Positions 9,383-20,000 of a DNA stretch of 64,000 nt are shown piece after piece. The notes below the pieces were generated by a model. The model was not told the DNA's origin. It made no database searches and was given only the letters and a program-made list of their open reading frames with translations. A program made the translations under genes and the position numbers. Source of the stretch: an uncultured Marinoscillum sp. (lineage in GTDB: Bacteria; Bacteroidota; Bacteroidia; Cytophagales; MED-G16); assembly GCA_902523065.1 (NCBI GenBank), contig CABYXZ010000001.1, positions 194,473-258,472 on the forward strand, in the 5' to 3' direction. Numbering within the stretch: the stretch's first letter is position 1; the number at the start of each line of letters is the position of its first letter.

Positions 9383-10437
9383 TTCGATATTTTTTTAAGC
9401 CAATTAAGTTCAGTCAATTCTCTTCCAAATTTTATATTACTTAATTTATTCAATAAAGTATTTGAAATTGATTTTTCTGATATTTCTGGAAGATTATATT
9501 TTTTATTGTTGTAACCAATTGATTTTATTGGTGCTATCGTAGCCGCAGTACCAGCTCCAAATGCTTCGCTCATTGAACCACTTTCAAGGGAAGAAATAAC
9601 TTCTTTAACAGAAACTTTTCTTACATCAACATCAATATTCAGTAATTTTGATAAATGAATTATACTATCTCTTGTCACTCCATCTAAAACAGTATCACCA
9701 AGAGGAGGTGTTACTAATTGATTATTAATTACAAAAAATAAATTCATTGTTCCAGATTCTTCTACGAACTCATGGGATTTACCATCAGTCCAAATTAATT
9801 GATGATATCCTTCTTTTTGTGCTTCAACGGCTGGATATAATGCTGCCGCGTAGTTAGCAGCTGTTTTAGAGAATCCAACACCTCCAGAAACTGCTCTTGT
9901 ATAATGAGTTTCGATTTTTACATTTACTGGCTCAGAGTAATAACCTCCTGCCATACCACATATAATCATAAATTTATAATTGTCAGCTGGTTTAATACCA
10001 ATATACGGGTCAAGAGCAAATGAAATTGGTCTTATATATAGGGAGTTTTTTTCACCCTCTGGAACCCATGCCTTCTCAACACTTAATAATTCTTCAATAG
10101 ACTTAATAAAAATATCCTCTGGAATTTTAGGCATACACATTCTCTCAGCACTTTTATTAAATCTCTCTGCATTCTTGTCAGGTCTAAAAATAAGAATTTC
10201 ACCCTCTTGGTTTCGATAAGCTTTCAATCCCTCAAATATAGTTTGGCCATAATGTAGTGTTGTACATGCTGGTGATAAAGAAAGGTCTTGAAATGGCTGA
10301 ATTATAAAATTTTGCCATGACCCGTCAATGTAGTCACAAATAAACATATGGTCAGTATAATATTTACAAAAACCTAAATTATCGTAATCGACATTTGATA
10401 TTTTTGAGTTTTTAGACTTAATCAGTTTAATTTCCAA
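9379..10437 (-). CDS. ilvE: Branched-chain amino acid aminotransferase
   Basis: LHYGQTIFEGLKAY, FRPDKNAERF, KTAANYA, EESGTMN and FGAGTAA motifs. TTG start; the stop overlaps the prfB ATG (ATGA). Confidence 0.93.
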   Translation of the reverse strand: MEIKLIKSKNSKISNVDYDNLGFCKYYTDHMFICDYIDGSWQNFIIQPFQDLSLSPACTTLHYGQTIFEGLKAYRNQEGEILIFRPDKNAERFNKSAERMCMPKIPEDIFIKSIEELLSVEKAWVPEGEKNSLYIRPISFALDPYIGIKPADNYKFMIICGMAGGYYSEPVNVKIETHYTRAVSGGVGFSKTAANYAAALYPAVEAQKEGYHQLIWTDGKSHEFVEESGTMNLFFVINNQLVTPPLGDTVLDGVTRDSIIHLSKLLNIDVDVRKVSVKEVISSLESGSMSEAFGAGTAATIAPIKSIGYNNKKYNLPEISEKSISNTLLNKLSNIKFGRELTELNWLKKISK

Positions 10438-10448
10438 ACCTTAAATAT

Positions 10449-11132
10449 TTAATTTTTTTTATCAGATGATATTAATCCATCCTTTAATCTAACTATTCTT
10501 TTTGAATAAGCCGCAATATCTTCCTCGTGTGTTACCATTATAATGGTATTACCTCTATTATGCAGTTCTGTAAATAAATCCATAATTCCATATGAGGTTT
10601 TACTATCTAAATTACCTGTAGGTTCGTCTGCTAAAATTATACTTGGATCATTTACAAGTGCTCTTGCGATGGCAACTCTTTGCCTTTGACCTCCTGATAA
10701 TTCATTGGGCTTATGTGTAGCTCTATCAACCAAATCAACATCTTTCAATGCTTTCATTGCCATCTCTTGTCTCATATCAAAAGAATATCCTGCATATACC
10801 AGAGGTAATGACACATTATCCAGTGCAGATGCTCTTGGTAGTAAGTTAAAAGTTTGAAAAACAAAACCAATCTCTTTGTTTCTTATATCAGCAAGCTCAT
10901 TTTCACTCATATTACTAACATCTTTATTATTAAGCTTATATTTTCCACCCGTTGGAGAATCCAGACAACCTATTATATTCATCAGAGTTGATTTTCCTGA
11001 ACCTGATGCACCCATAAAGGATACATATTCATTTTTTTTTATATTAACACTTATTGAATCTAATGCCTTAACAATTTGTTTTCCAACATTATAGTGCCTA
11101 GAAATTTCACTCACTTCAATAATATTTTTCAT
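10449..11132 (-). CDS. ABC transporter ATP-binding protein (LolD/MacB-type)
   Basis: GASGSGKST Walker [16 protein letters not shown] signature, [11 protein letters not shown] Walker B, VTHE. Confidence 0.92.
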   Translation of the reverse strand: MKNIIEVSEISRHYNVGKQIVKALDSISVNIKKNEYVSFMGASGSGKSTLMNIIGCLDSPTGGKYKLNNKDVSNMSENELADIRNKEIGFVFQTFNLLPRASALDNVSLPLVYAGYSFDMRQEMAMKALKDVDLVDRATHKPNELSGGQRQRVAIARALVNDPSIILADEPTGNLDSKTSYGIMDLFTELHNRGNTIIMVTHEEDIAAYSKRIVRLKDGLISSDKKN

Positions 11133-11176
11133 ATAAATAATTAATTTCGTGTTTTAATTATAGATGACAAAGTAAA

Positions 11177-11184
11177 TAAATTTG
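11177..11184 (+). promoter_or_regulatory. Candidate Bacteroidota -7 promoter box upstream of the TerC gene
   Basis: TAAATTTG matches TAnnTTTG, 34 bp before the ATG. Confidence 0.5.
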
Positions 11185-11218
11185 CTCGCAAAATAAGATA
11201 AAAAAATATAATTATATA

Positions 11219-11938
11219 ATGGAAATATTTTTTGAATTCGAGACCTACATTGCATTGTTAACCCTAACAATAATTGAGATAATTCTTGGAATAGATAATA
11301 TTATTTTTATTTCAATTATTACGAATAAGGTTGAAAAAGAGAATAGACATAAAGCAAGAGTTTTAGGGTTACTACTTGCACTTGTTCTTAGAGTAATTAT
11401 GCTTTTTGGTCTCACATGGTTTATTGGCCTTACTAAACCTGTTTACATGAACATTAGCATTAAAGATATTATTCTTTTCCTTGGTGGTGGATTTTTAATT
11501 TTTAAAAGTGTTCTTGAAATTTCACATAAGATAAATGGTAATTTTGACGAGAAGGAGTTATCAAACAAGACTGTAAGTTTATCAACTGTTATTTGGCAGA
11601 TTGTTGCAGTTGATTTTGTTTTTTCAGTTGACTCAATATTAACTGCGATAGGATTGACCGAAGTACTTCTACTAATGGTAATTGCAGTAGTTATTTCTAT
11701 TTTATTTATGATATTTTATGCCTCAAAAATTAGTGATATAATTGATAGGTACCCTTCCTTAGAGATATTAGCATTATGCTTTTTAATTTTAATAGGTTTC
11801 ACCTTAATATTAGAGGCAGCTCACATTGATATTCCAAAAGGATTTATATACTTCTCTTTATTCTTTACATTGGGAGTTGAACTAATAAATATAAGGTTTA
11901 GGAGAGTTAGTTTAAAAAGGATTAAAATAAGAAAATAA
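11219..11938 (+). CDS. TerC family membrane protein
   Basis: EIILGIDNIIFISI, QIVAVDFVFSVDSILTAIG and KGFIYFSL motifs. Confidence 0.9.
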   Translation: MEIFFEFETYIALLTLTIIEIILGIDNIIFISIITNKVEKENRHKARVLGLLLALVLRVIMLFGLTWFIGLTKPVYMNISIKDIILFLGGGFLIFKSVLEISHKINGNFDEKELSNKTVSLSTVIWQIVAVDFVFSVDSILTAIGLTEVLLLMVIAVVISILFMIFYASKISDIIDRYPSLEILALCFLILIGFTLILEAAHIDIPKGFIYFSLFFTLGVELINIRFRRVSLKRIKIRK

Positions 11939-12766
11939 TTATTCTTTTATTATCTTCTTCATCGTCTTTTTCTCACCCTGAACAAGTTGAATAATATACA
12001 TCCCGTCATTGGAGTCTCTTATATCAATTTTATGTGATGAGTTAGAAGACTTATTATCAAGAGTATTTGTGTAAATGTTTCTTCCAAATATATCCGTAAT
12101 CCTACAGTTTACATCACCCTGCCACGTATCATTAAAGTCAATACTAAATTCTCCAGATGTAGGGTTTGGATAAATAGATATATCCTTGTCAAGTTCAGTA
12201 AACTCAATTCCTTGAACTACAGGTAAGTCTTTTTGTATGTATAGATCATCTACCATCCAGCCCCATGAAACCGTTAGATCGTCAGAGAACATTCTAAACC
12301 TTACCTTGACTGTATCTCCAACACTAAAGTGTGGAGAGAAGTTAATCTGTCTGTCTCTGATAAGGTCAGGAGATCCAAATTCTCCAATGTTATATGCTGT
12401 TCTCCAAGCTGGATCAGCATCTGAGTCGTAACCGTCAATCAATCTTCTCCAATAAACACCATCCTTAGATGCTTCAACAATTACATAGTCCCAGAAATTC
12501 CAATCACCAAAAGAAGTACCAGGCTCTCCTGGTTCTACAAGTACAATCTCTTTAAACCTTATAGATGGTGTGTAATCTGTTATTATAATAGGAATATTTA
12601 GCAGGGCATGGACGCTGTAACCATCATCGTAGCCTCCAGCAACTCCTGACTCGTATGGGTGTTCCGTATGTAGCTGTCTTCCTTCAAATCCACCTTGAAT
12701 ACCAATTCTGAATCTATCGAGCCCAAACTCATCGCCAACAAGATCGCTGAATGTTGTGCTGTACTC
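11939..12766. repeat. 828-bp direct repeat, copy 1 (C-terminal 275 codons of protein A)
   Basis: Hand alignment to 16228-17055 (offset 4289): 9 mismatches, no indels. The first 525 bp are identical. Confidence 0.97.
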
Positions 12767-15700
12767 TGTCCTTGGTTGAAGTGTTGGATTTAAAATAATA
12801 TTATATTCATTAGATGGATATTCAAGTCCATCTTTATAACCAAAAGCTTGTATAGTATAATCTCCCTTATCATCAACCTCAAACACAAAATTTGTAGAAT
12901 CTGATTTATCTACATTTTGAAATACGTCCCTTTTTACATTGTTTGCCTTTATAACTAAGGAGTCGTAACTAGACTTAGTGTTAATATTTGTGGAAATGAC
13001 ATAACTGTCTTCTGAATCTAGCTGATATGCACTTAAGATGAATGGTGGAAGGATTGCTGGTTTTGGTTCATAGGACTTTAGATCATCTATTGTTGCGGTC
13101 CAAACACCTCTTCCATGGGTTGCTATAACAATCTGTCCCTCGTCTTTAAGTTTTAAATCCCAAATAGTAACATAAGGTAGGTTTGACTCTACCAAGTGCC
13201 AACTCGTACCACCGTCAGTCGATTCAATTAAGCCAACTTCTGTTCCAGCCCACATAATATCTTTATCGTGTGGCATTACCAGAAAGCTATAAACTGGAAC
13301 ATCAGGAAAACCATTTAAAGATTTACCATCAGTTGAGTTTGTGAAGCCACTTAAATCTTCCCATGTCTCACCAAGATCTCTCGTCTGCAATACTTTAGCC
13401 GCACCTGGCATTCCAAATAATACGTATGCGGTTGAATCCTCAGTTGGATGAGAGTATATACCGCTGGTTCTGCCTAAACTTGAAAAATTTGGAACTGACT
13501 CATAGGTCTCGCCCCAATCTTTAGATAGAAAAATATTTCCAGCAAATGACATTGAACTACCAGCCCATACGTATCTTGGATTGGCTAAGGAAACTTCAAC
13601 GTCTGTACCACTCCAAAAACTAGAATTCCAGTTTCCCTCAACTTGTTTCGCTTGCCAACTTTCTCCAAAATCATTTGATTTCATTACACCAAAATTAGTT
13701 ACGGCATATAATACATCAGGATCTTGAGCTGGAGAAGATAATCTTGTTATAAAAGGATCAGCACCTTCAAGTCCGTACTGTGCATAACTCCATGATGCAC
13801 CACCATTTGTTGACCTATAAAAATTATTACCTTGAGACCCACCTATTAATTTATTTGGATCGGTGTGATGCGCAATAGCTTCGAAACCATCACCACCAAT
13901 CTCAAAGGACCAAGTTGTTGTTTCATCAGCTATTAGATTTCTTGGAGATAAAAATGTCCCATTATCTTGAGATCCTCCAAAATACTGATCATAACCAACT
14001 ACCTTATCAGCACCATAGAACTGAGTCGTATTATATCCACCAGCAGGTTGATACCAATTATTTGAGGTCTTTCCAGACACCTTAAAATCATTATCAACAA
14101 CTCCAGGATCCATACTTGAATTAGTATAAAAAATACCACCATCAGTTCCTAGATAAATTCTAAAAGTATTATCAGAATCTATAATTGTCCCTAAATTATG
14201 ATGATCAACATGAACATTTTGGTTTATACTTTCAGCACCACCATTATCGTAGTAGTCTGTCATGTATTGAACATTTTTCTTTAGTGTTTTATAAGTTGCA
14301 GCAACGGATTCAATCTTGATTGATGAGTTAGGCAAGTTATTTGGATCCCAACTTACGTTGTTGGATAGATACGGCCATATGAGGAAAAGGGACTTATAAA
14401 TTTGACCCCACTGCTGAGTAATTTCAGTTTGTGACATAGTTTGATCATAGGGAATATTTTGAGGAAAAATATACTCTCTGCTTTCACCATATTCTGTTGT
14501 AATGTTAAAACTTCCATCATTTTTATTATCCCTAAAAGAAACTGTAATCTGTTCTGGCGGATCAGCAGATATATTCCACACCTCGAAAGGAACTTCTACA
14601 ACATCTTGATAGGTATAGTTTGCATGCGAAACGCCTGATGTCGAACCCTCAGGAACTGAAAATCTGTAGGCCATCTGAGATTTCCCGGGGCCAAATCTTA
14701 TTTCTACATCAACTAATTCAGGTGCATCTGCGTGAAGGTTCCATTCGTTATTATACCCTACTGCATTTCCTCCCCAAATATTAACTAGCTGAAGAAATGA
14801 AGATGTGTTATCTAAGGTTACTGTTGTCGTTGAACCACTAAAATTAACACCTGGATCAGATAATATTGTAGCTTTTGATGCATCTCTTCCAGCATAATAA
14901 ACTATACTATCATTAAATGGATTAACAGTAATAGTATTATCAAACCATCCTTGAGCTATTAACCAATCATCATTACTACCGTCTTCATTCTTTACTAAAT
15001 TCCAAGTAACACCACCATCATAACTTACTTTTAAGTATGAAGCAGCATCACCATCAATAGATGCGTAAATGGTATATGGGTCTTGATATGAAACCGCTAA
15101 TTCAAGTCGACCAAATGCACCAGATCCTCCACCAGCAAGAATACCGTCTTCACTATCATAGTCTATTGTACCAGATAAATTTATTCCTCCAGGATTTGTC
15201 CAAGTACTACCCCTATCAACAGACCTTAAAACTCCAACTCCTCTTACGGCAGCGTACTGAATATTAAAATCAGATGGAGCAGCAATTACTTGTTGAATTC
15301 TAGTTGATGCTGAAGCTACTTCGGTCCAATTTTTACCACCATCTATAGTTTTCCAAATGTGCCCTTGAGCAAAGTAATCTTCAGTTGTTGAAGCAATAAC
15401 GATATCCGGATCAGTTGGATCCACTAGTAACCTACTTACATTATTAAATTCGTCTAAAACATAACCATTACTTTCTCTTGGAGATACATTAATCCAATTT
15501 TTTCCTGAATCAACTGATTTATAAACTCCTGCTCCTGTTATATCTTGTATACCTCCAACCCAAGCTACTCCTGTTGCTGCATACAATACATTAGGTTGTG
15601 ACTTACTCTGATCCAACCAAGATATAGCAATGCTTTCCATACCATTGCTTATCTCTGACCATGTTACCGATTCATCAATTGTCTTCCAAACACCGCCACC

Positions 15701-16135
15701 TGTACTCCCTGCATACCAAGTGTTGCCAGTAGGGTCTGATACGTCAACTAGTATTGGCCTAGTTCTTCCTGGTACATTAAATGGTCCTCTCTCAATGAAT
15801 GTGGCTTTCTCTTTTGCATATGTATTAGAAAATAAATTTTTTTCACTCATTCTCGACTGAGCAAAAGTGCTGTTATTCCTAGATAACATTTTTTTTAATT
15901 CTATTTCTTTATAACCCGGTTTATATCTACCAAATTTTGGTTCGGAATTAACATTATCACCACCATGTTTTATGGAAGCTAGATAGTATGAATATTTCTC
16001 AGGACCATCATATTTGACTCCATTTTCAGTTATAGATTTTATTTTTGGAGTAGGTTTAACTGGCTTCTTTTCATATTCCTTTTGACAGGAAAATAAAAGA
16101 ATAGATAATGTAAAATAATGAAAAAATCTTTTCAA
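11939..16135 (-). CDS. Large BNR/Asp-box (Vps10/GH74-like) beta-propeller protein A with lipoprotein signal and T9SS type A CTD
   Basis: TTG start and lipobox LLFSC. About ten (S/T)xDxGxxW repeats, an HVDHH motif and a C-terminal beta-sandwich, then a CTD (IYPNPTSGEFSIDF...GMYIIQLVQGEKKTMKKIIKE). Confidence 0.88.
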   Translation of the reverse strand: MKRFFHYFTLSILLFSCQKEYEKKPVKPTPKIKSITENGVKYDGPEKYSYYLASIKHGGDNVNSEPKFGRYKPGYKEIELKKMLSRNNSTFAQSRMSEKNLFSNTYAKEKATFIERGPFNVPGRTRPILVDVSDPTGNTWYAGSTGGGVWKTIDESVTWSEISNGMESIAISWLDQSKSQPNVLYAATGVAWVGGIQDITGAGVYKSVDSGKNWINVSPRESNGYVLDEFNNVSRLLVDPTDPDIVIASTTEDYFAQGHIWKTIDGGKNWTEVASASTRIQQVIAAPSDFNIQYAAVRGVGVLRSVDRGSTWTNPGGINLSGTIDYDSEDGILAGGGSGAFGRLELAVSYQDPYTIYASIDGDAASYLKVSYDGGVTWNLVKNEDGSNDDWLIAQGWFDNTITVNPFNDSIVYYAGRDASKATILSDPGVNFSGSTTTVTLDNTSSFLQLVNIWGGNAVGYNNEWNLHADAPELVDVEIRFGPGKSQMAYRFSVPEGSTSGVSHANYTYQDVVEVPFEVWNISADPPEQITVSFRDNKNDGSFNITTEYGESREYIFPQNIPYDQTMSQTEITQQWGQIYKSLFLIWPYLSNNVSWDPNNLPNSSIKIESVAATYKTLKKNVQYMTDYYDNGGAESINQNVHVDHHNLGTIIDSDNTFRIYLGTDGGIFYTNSSMDPGVVDNDFKVSGKTSNNWYQPAGGYNTTQFYGADKVVGYDQYFGGSQDNGTFLSPRNLIADETTTWSFEIGGDGFEAIAHHTDPNKLIGGSQGNNFYRSTNGGASWSYAQYGLEGADPFITRLSSPAQDPDVLYAVTNFGVMKSNDFGESWQAKQVEGNWNSSFWSGTDVEVSLANPRYVWAGSSMSFAGNIFLSKDWGETYESVPNFSSLGRTSGIYSHPTEDSTAYVLFGMPGAAKVLQTRDLGETWEDLSGFTNSTDGKSLNGFPDVPVYSFLVMPHDKDIMWAGTEVGLIESTDGGTSWHLVESNLPYVTIWDLKLKDEGQIVIATHGRGVWTATIDDLKSYEPKPAILPPFILSAYQLDSEDSYVISTNINTKSSYDSLVIKANNVKRDVFQNVDKSDSTNFVFEVDDKGDYTIQAFGYKDGLEYPSNEYNIILNPTLQPRTEYSTTFSDLVGDEFGLDRFRIGIQGGFEGRQLHTEHPYESGVAGGYDDGYSVHALLNIPIIITDYTPSIRFKEIVLVEPGEPGTSFGDWNFWDYVIVEASKDGVYWRRLIDGYDSDADPAWRTAYNIGEFGSPDLIRDRQINFSPHFSVGDTVKVRFRMFSDDLTVSWGWMVDDLYIQKDLPVVQGIEFTELDKDISIYPNPTSGEFSIDFNDTWQGDVNCRITDIFGRNIYTNTLDNKSSNSSHKIDIRDSNDGMYIIQLVQGEKKTMKKIIKE

Positions 16136-16227
16136 GGGTTGTTGTTTATCCAGTGTAAAATTATAATAAAAGATATTAGATTTTAATTAACGTAATAAAA
16201 TTTTATAAGATTAGAATACTAGAGAAA

Positions 16228-17055
16228 TTATTCTTTTATTATCTTCTTCATCGTCTTTTTCTCACCCTGAACAAGTTGAATAATATACATCCCGTCATTG
16301 GAGTCTCTTATATCAATTTTATGTGATGAGTTAGAAGACTTATTATCAAGAGTATTTGTGTAAATGTTTCTTCCAAATATATCCGTAATCCTACAGTTTA
16401 CATCACCCTGCCACGTATCATTAAAGTCAATACTAAATTCTCCAGATGTAGGGTTTGGATAAATAGATATATCCTTGTCAAGTTCAGTAAACTCAATTCC
16501 TTGAACTACAGGTAAGTCTTTTTGTATGTATAGATCATCTACCATCCAGCCCCATGAAACCGTTAGATCGTCAGAGAACATTCTAAACCTTACCTTGACT
16601 GTATCTCCAACACTAAAGTGTGGAGAGAAGTTAATCTGTCTGTCTCTGATAAGGTCAGGAGATCCAAATTCTCCAATGTTATATGCTGTTCTCCAAGCTG
16701 GATCAGCATCTGAGTCGTAACCGTCAATCAATCTTCTCCAATAAACACCATCTTTAGATGCTTCAACAATTACATAGTCCCAGAAATTCCAATCACCAAA
16801 AGAAGTACCAGGCTCTCCTGGTTCTACAAGTACAATCTCTTTAAACCTTATAGATGGTGTGTAATCTGTTATTATAATAGGAATATTTAGCAGGGCATGG
16901 ACGCTGTAACCATCATCATAGCCTCCAGCAACTCCTGACTCGTATGGGTGTTCCGTATGTAGCTGTCTTCCTTGGAATCCACCTTGAGATCCAATCCTGA
17001 ATCTATCGAGCCCAAACTCATCTCCAACAAGATCGCTGAATGTTGTGCTGTACTC
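16228..17055. repeat. 828-bp direct repeat, copy 2 (C-terminal 275 codons of protein B)
   Basis: Matches 11939-12766 with 9 mismatches. Confidence 0.97.
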
Positions 17056-20000
17056 AGTACGAGGAGCTAAGGTTGGATTAAGTGTAATGTCAAACTCATT
17101 TGAAGGGTATGCAATGCCGTCTTTATAACCAAAGGCTTGGAGGGTATAATCTCCTTTATCTAAAACATTAAACACTATATCACTGGTCTCAATATTTATT
17201 GAATCAGTAATTGTAATATAAACTGTTTCGTTAGCTTGTATACTAAGAGAATCGTAAGCAGATTTGAAGTTTATTGTAGTATTAATTATATATTCATTTT
17301 CATTACTGACCTGATATGCGTCATCAATAACTGGAGGTAAGGTAGCAGGTTTCGGAATAAATGATTTTAAATCTTCAATTGTAGCTGTCCACAAACCAGC
17401 TCCGTGAGTTGTTATTATGACCTGCCCCTGATCTTTTACCTTCAAATCATAAATTGCAGTAAATGGCATATTACTTTCAACTAAGTACCAACTCTTTCCT
17501 CCGTCAGTACTTTCGATTAGACCAATATCTGTACCAACCCAAATGATATCATTGTTATGAGGCATTACTAAAAGACTGTAAACTCCCACATTAGGAAATC
17601 CTGTTGAGGATACTGAGATTCCTTCATCTAATGAGGCAAAGCCGGAGATGTCTTCCCAGGTATTTCCTAAATCTTCAGTTTTAATAACTTTAGGAAAACC
17701 ATAATAGCTAAAAAGTACATATGCAGATGAATCCTCATATGGATGTGTGTAAATGCCAGATATAGTTCCCATAGCAAGTCCATTTTCATTGGTAAAGTTG
17801 TTTACTGGATTGTAAGAATTTCCCCAGTCATCAGAAACATATATTTGGGAAAGATTACCCATATAGCCACCAACCCATATATATCTTGGATTAGCGTCTG
17901 ATACACTTATATCTCTGCTATTAATATTAGCCCAGTTACCATCAGGAACTTCTACATTGATCCATGTATCACCCCAGTCTGTACTCTTACCAACACCTGT
18001 TGAATTCAGAGATAGTATCAAGTCAGGGTCTTGATATGAAGACTCATACTGAGAACTAAATGGAGCATTTAAAGACTGAAATGCTGGCATATTACTTACG
18101 AAAGACCATGAATCACCACCATCAGTACTTCTAACAGCAGAATTGAATTGACTACCTCCAAACATTTTATCGGGATCAGAATTATGTGCTAGAATTTCGA
18201 AACCATCACCAGACCAGAATTGCGTATAATTTGATGTATCTGATCCAACAAAATTTTTATTTGAAAGAAAGGACCCGTGATCTTGTGCACCAACAAGGTA
18301 CTGCTCCCTACCTTTTACCTTATCAGCTCCCCACAGCAGAGATGTATTAAACCCACTACTAGGCACATACCATGAATCTCCTACCTGACCTGCATTATAG
18401 AAATCATCATCAACAACTCCAGGATTTGATTTTGTCTTGGAAACACTTATACCCCCATCATGGCCCAATATAAATGAAAATGTAGTATCTTGTTCATTAA
18501 CTATAGGTTTAAAAAAGTGATGATCAACATGAACATTTTGATTGATATCATTTGAACCATAATAATCTGTAATGTCAATAGTCTCTTTCTTATAAGTGTA
18601 GTATGAAACATCTAAAGTTTCAATTTTTAGGGATGAATTCGGTAAACTATCAGGATTCCATGTTACACCTTCGGCCAAGTACAACCAAATAAGAAAAGTA
18701 GATTTATATAACTGTCCATTCTCTTGAGTTATTTCTGACTGTGACATGGTAGGATCATATGGTATGTTTTGAGGAATTATATATTCTCTACTTTCACCAA
18801 ATTCAGAAAGAAGATTAAACGACCCGTCGTTGTAATTATCTCTGAATGAAACAGTAATTTGTTGAGGTGGTTCAAGAGAATTATTCCAAACTTCAAATGG
18901 GACATCTGTTATACCCTGGTAAGTGTAATTTGCGTGTGGAACACCAGAGGTAGAACCTTCAGGAACAGAAAATCTATATGCTTTCTGAGTTTTCCCAGGT
19001 CCAAATCTTATCTCAATATCATCAAAATCTGGATTGTAGGAGTTGTCTGACCATTCGCTACCAGATCCAAGTGCAGAACCTCCCCATATATTTAAGATAT
19101 TAATATTAGATGAAATATTATCTGTTTTGACAATAGTTGAGCTACCGTTAAAGCTAACACCAGGATCTGGTAGTAAAGTAGATCTTTGCATATCTTGAGA
19201 TGCATGGTAAACTACACTGTCGTTAAACGGGTGAATCATAATTGAATTAGCAAAATATCCAAGTCCATTTAGCCAATCATCTTCAGTATTATCTTTATTT
19301 TTAATTAAATTCCAAGAAATACCTCCATCATGAGAAACATAAAGTTTTGAAAACTGTGTTGTTGGTCCCCCATTAACTGGAAATTCACTATATGCTCCTA
19401 GATAAAGTGTGTTTGGATTTTTGTGAGAAATCGATACCGAAACTCTTCCAAAGTTTGAGTCACCACTTTGATTATAAATACCTGATTCATTATCATAACT
19501 AATAACACCAGCTAAACCGATGTTACCAGGATTGAACCAACTCTTTCCTCCGTCTATTGACTTGATTACACCTTTTCTACTAACACTTGCATATATTATT
19601 TTAGGGTCAGTTGGTGAAGGTTGAAGTTGCGTTATCCTTTCCAATTGTTCGCTTGTGTATTTTAAATTCCAACTCTTTCCAGCATCTTCAGATCTATATA
19701 TAAAACCTGAGCCCGGGCTATTTGTATACCAACCACCAGGCCAGATAGATACACTGATAACATCTGGGTCTTCTTCATCAATGACAATATCACTAATAGA
19801 CCTAAATCTAAAATCAATATTTCCTAGAGAGTCTTTAAGAGAAATATTATCCCAAGTTACACCACCATCAATGGATCTGTAGACGCTCCCGCCGTACTGA
19901 CCAGCTTCTTCATATTGCCACGAATTTCCAGTACCAACATAAAAAATATTAGGATTAGATTTACTTTGTTCTATTGTTGATATATATGAATTTTTAAGTT

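Noticed and set aside
12237-12431. Identical 64-aa plus-strand ORFs at 12237-12431 and 16526-16720
   Set aside because: They are antisense shadows inside the 828-bp repeat. Their identity follows from the repeat and they have no recognisable motif.
11939-12766. The repeat tract looked GC-richer, suggesting a foreign donor
   Set aside because: Hand counts of GC at third positions gave 18-38% per 50 codons in the tract, 10-28% elsewhere in gene A and 30% at the start of pruA. The ranges overlap, so there is no support for foreign origin.
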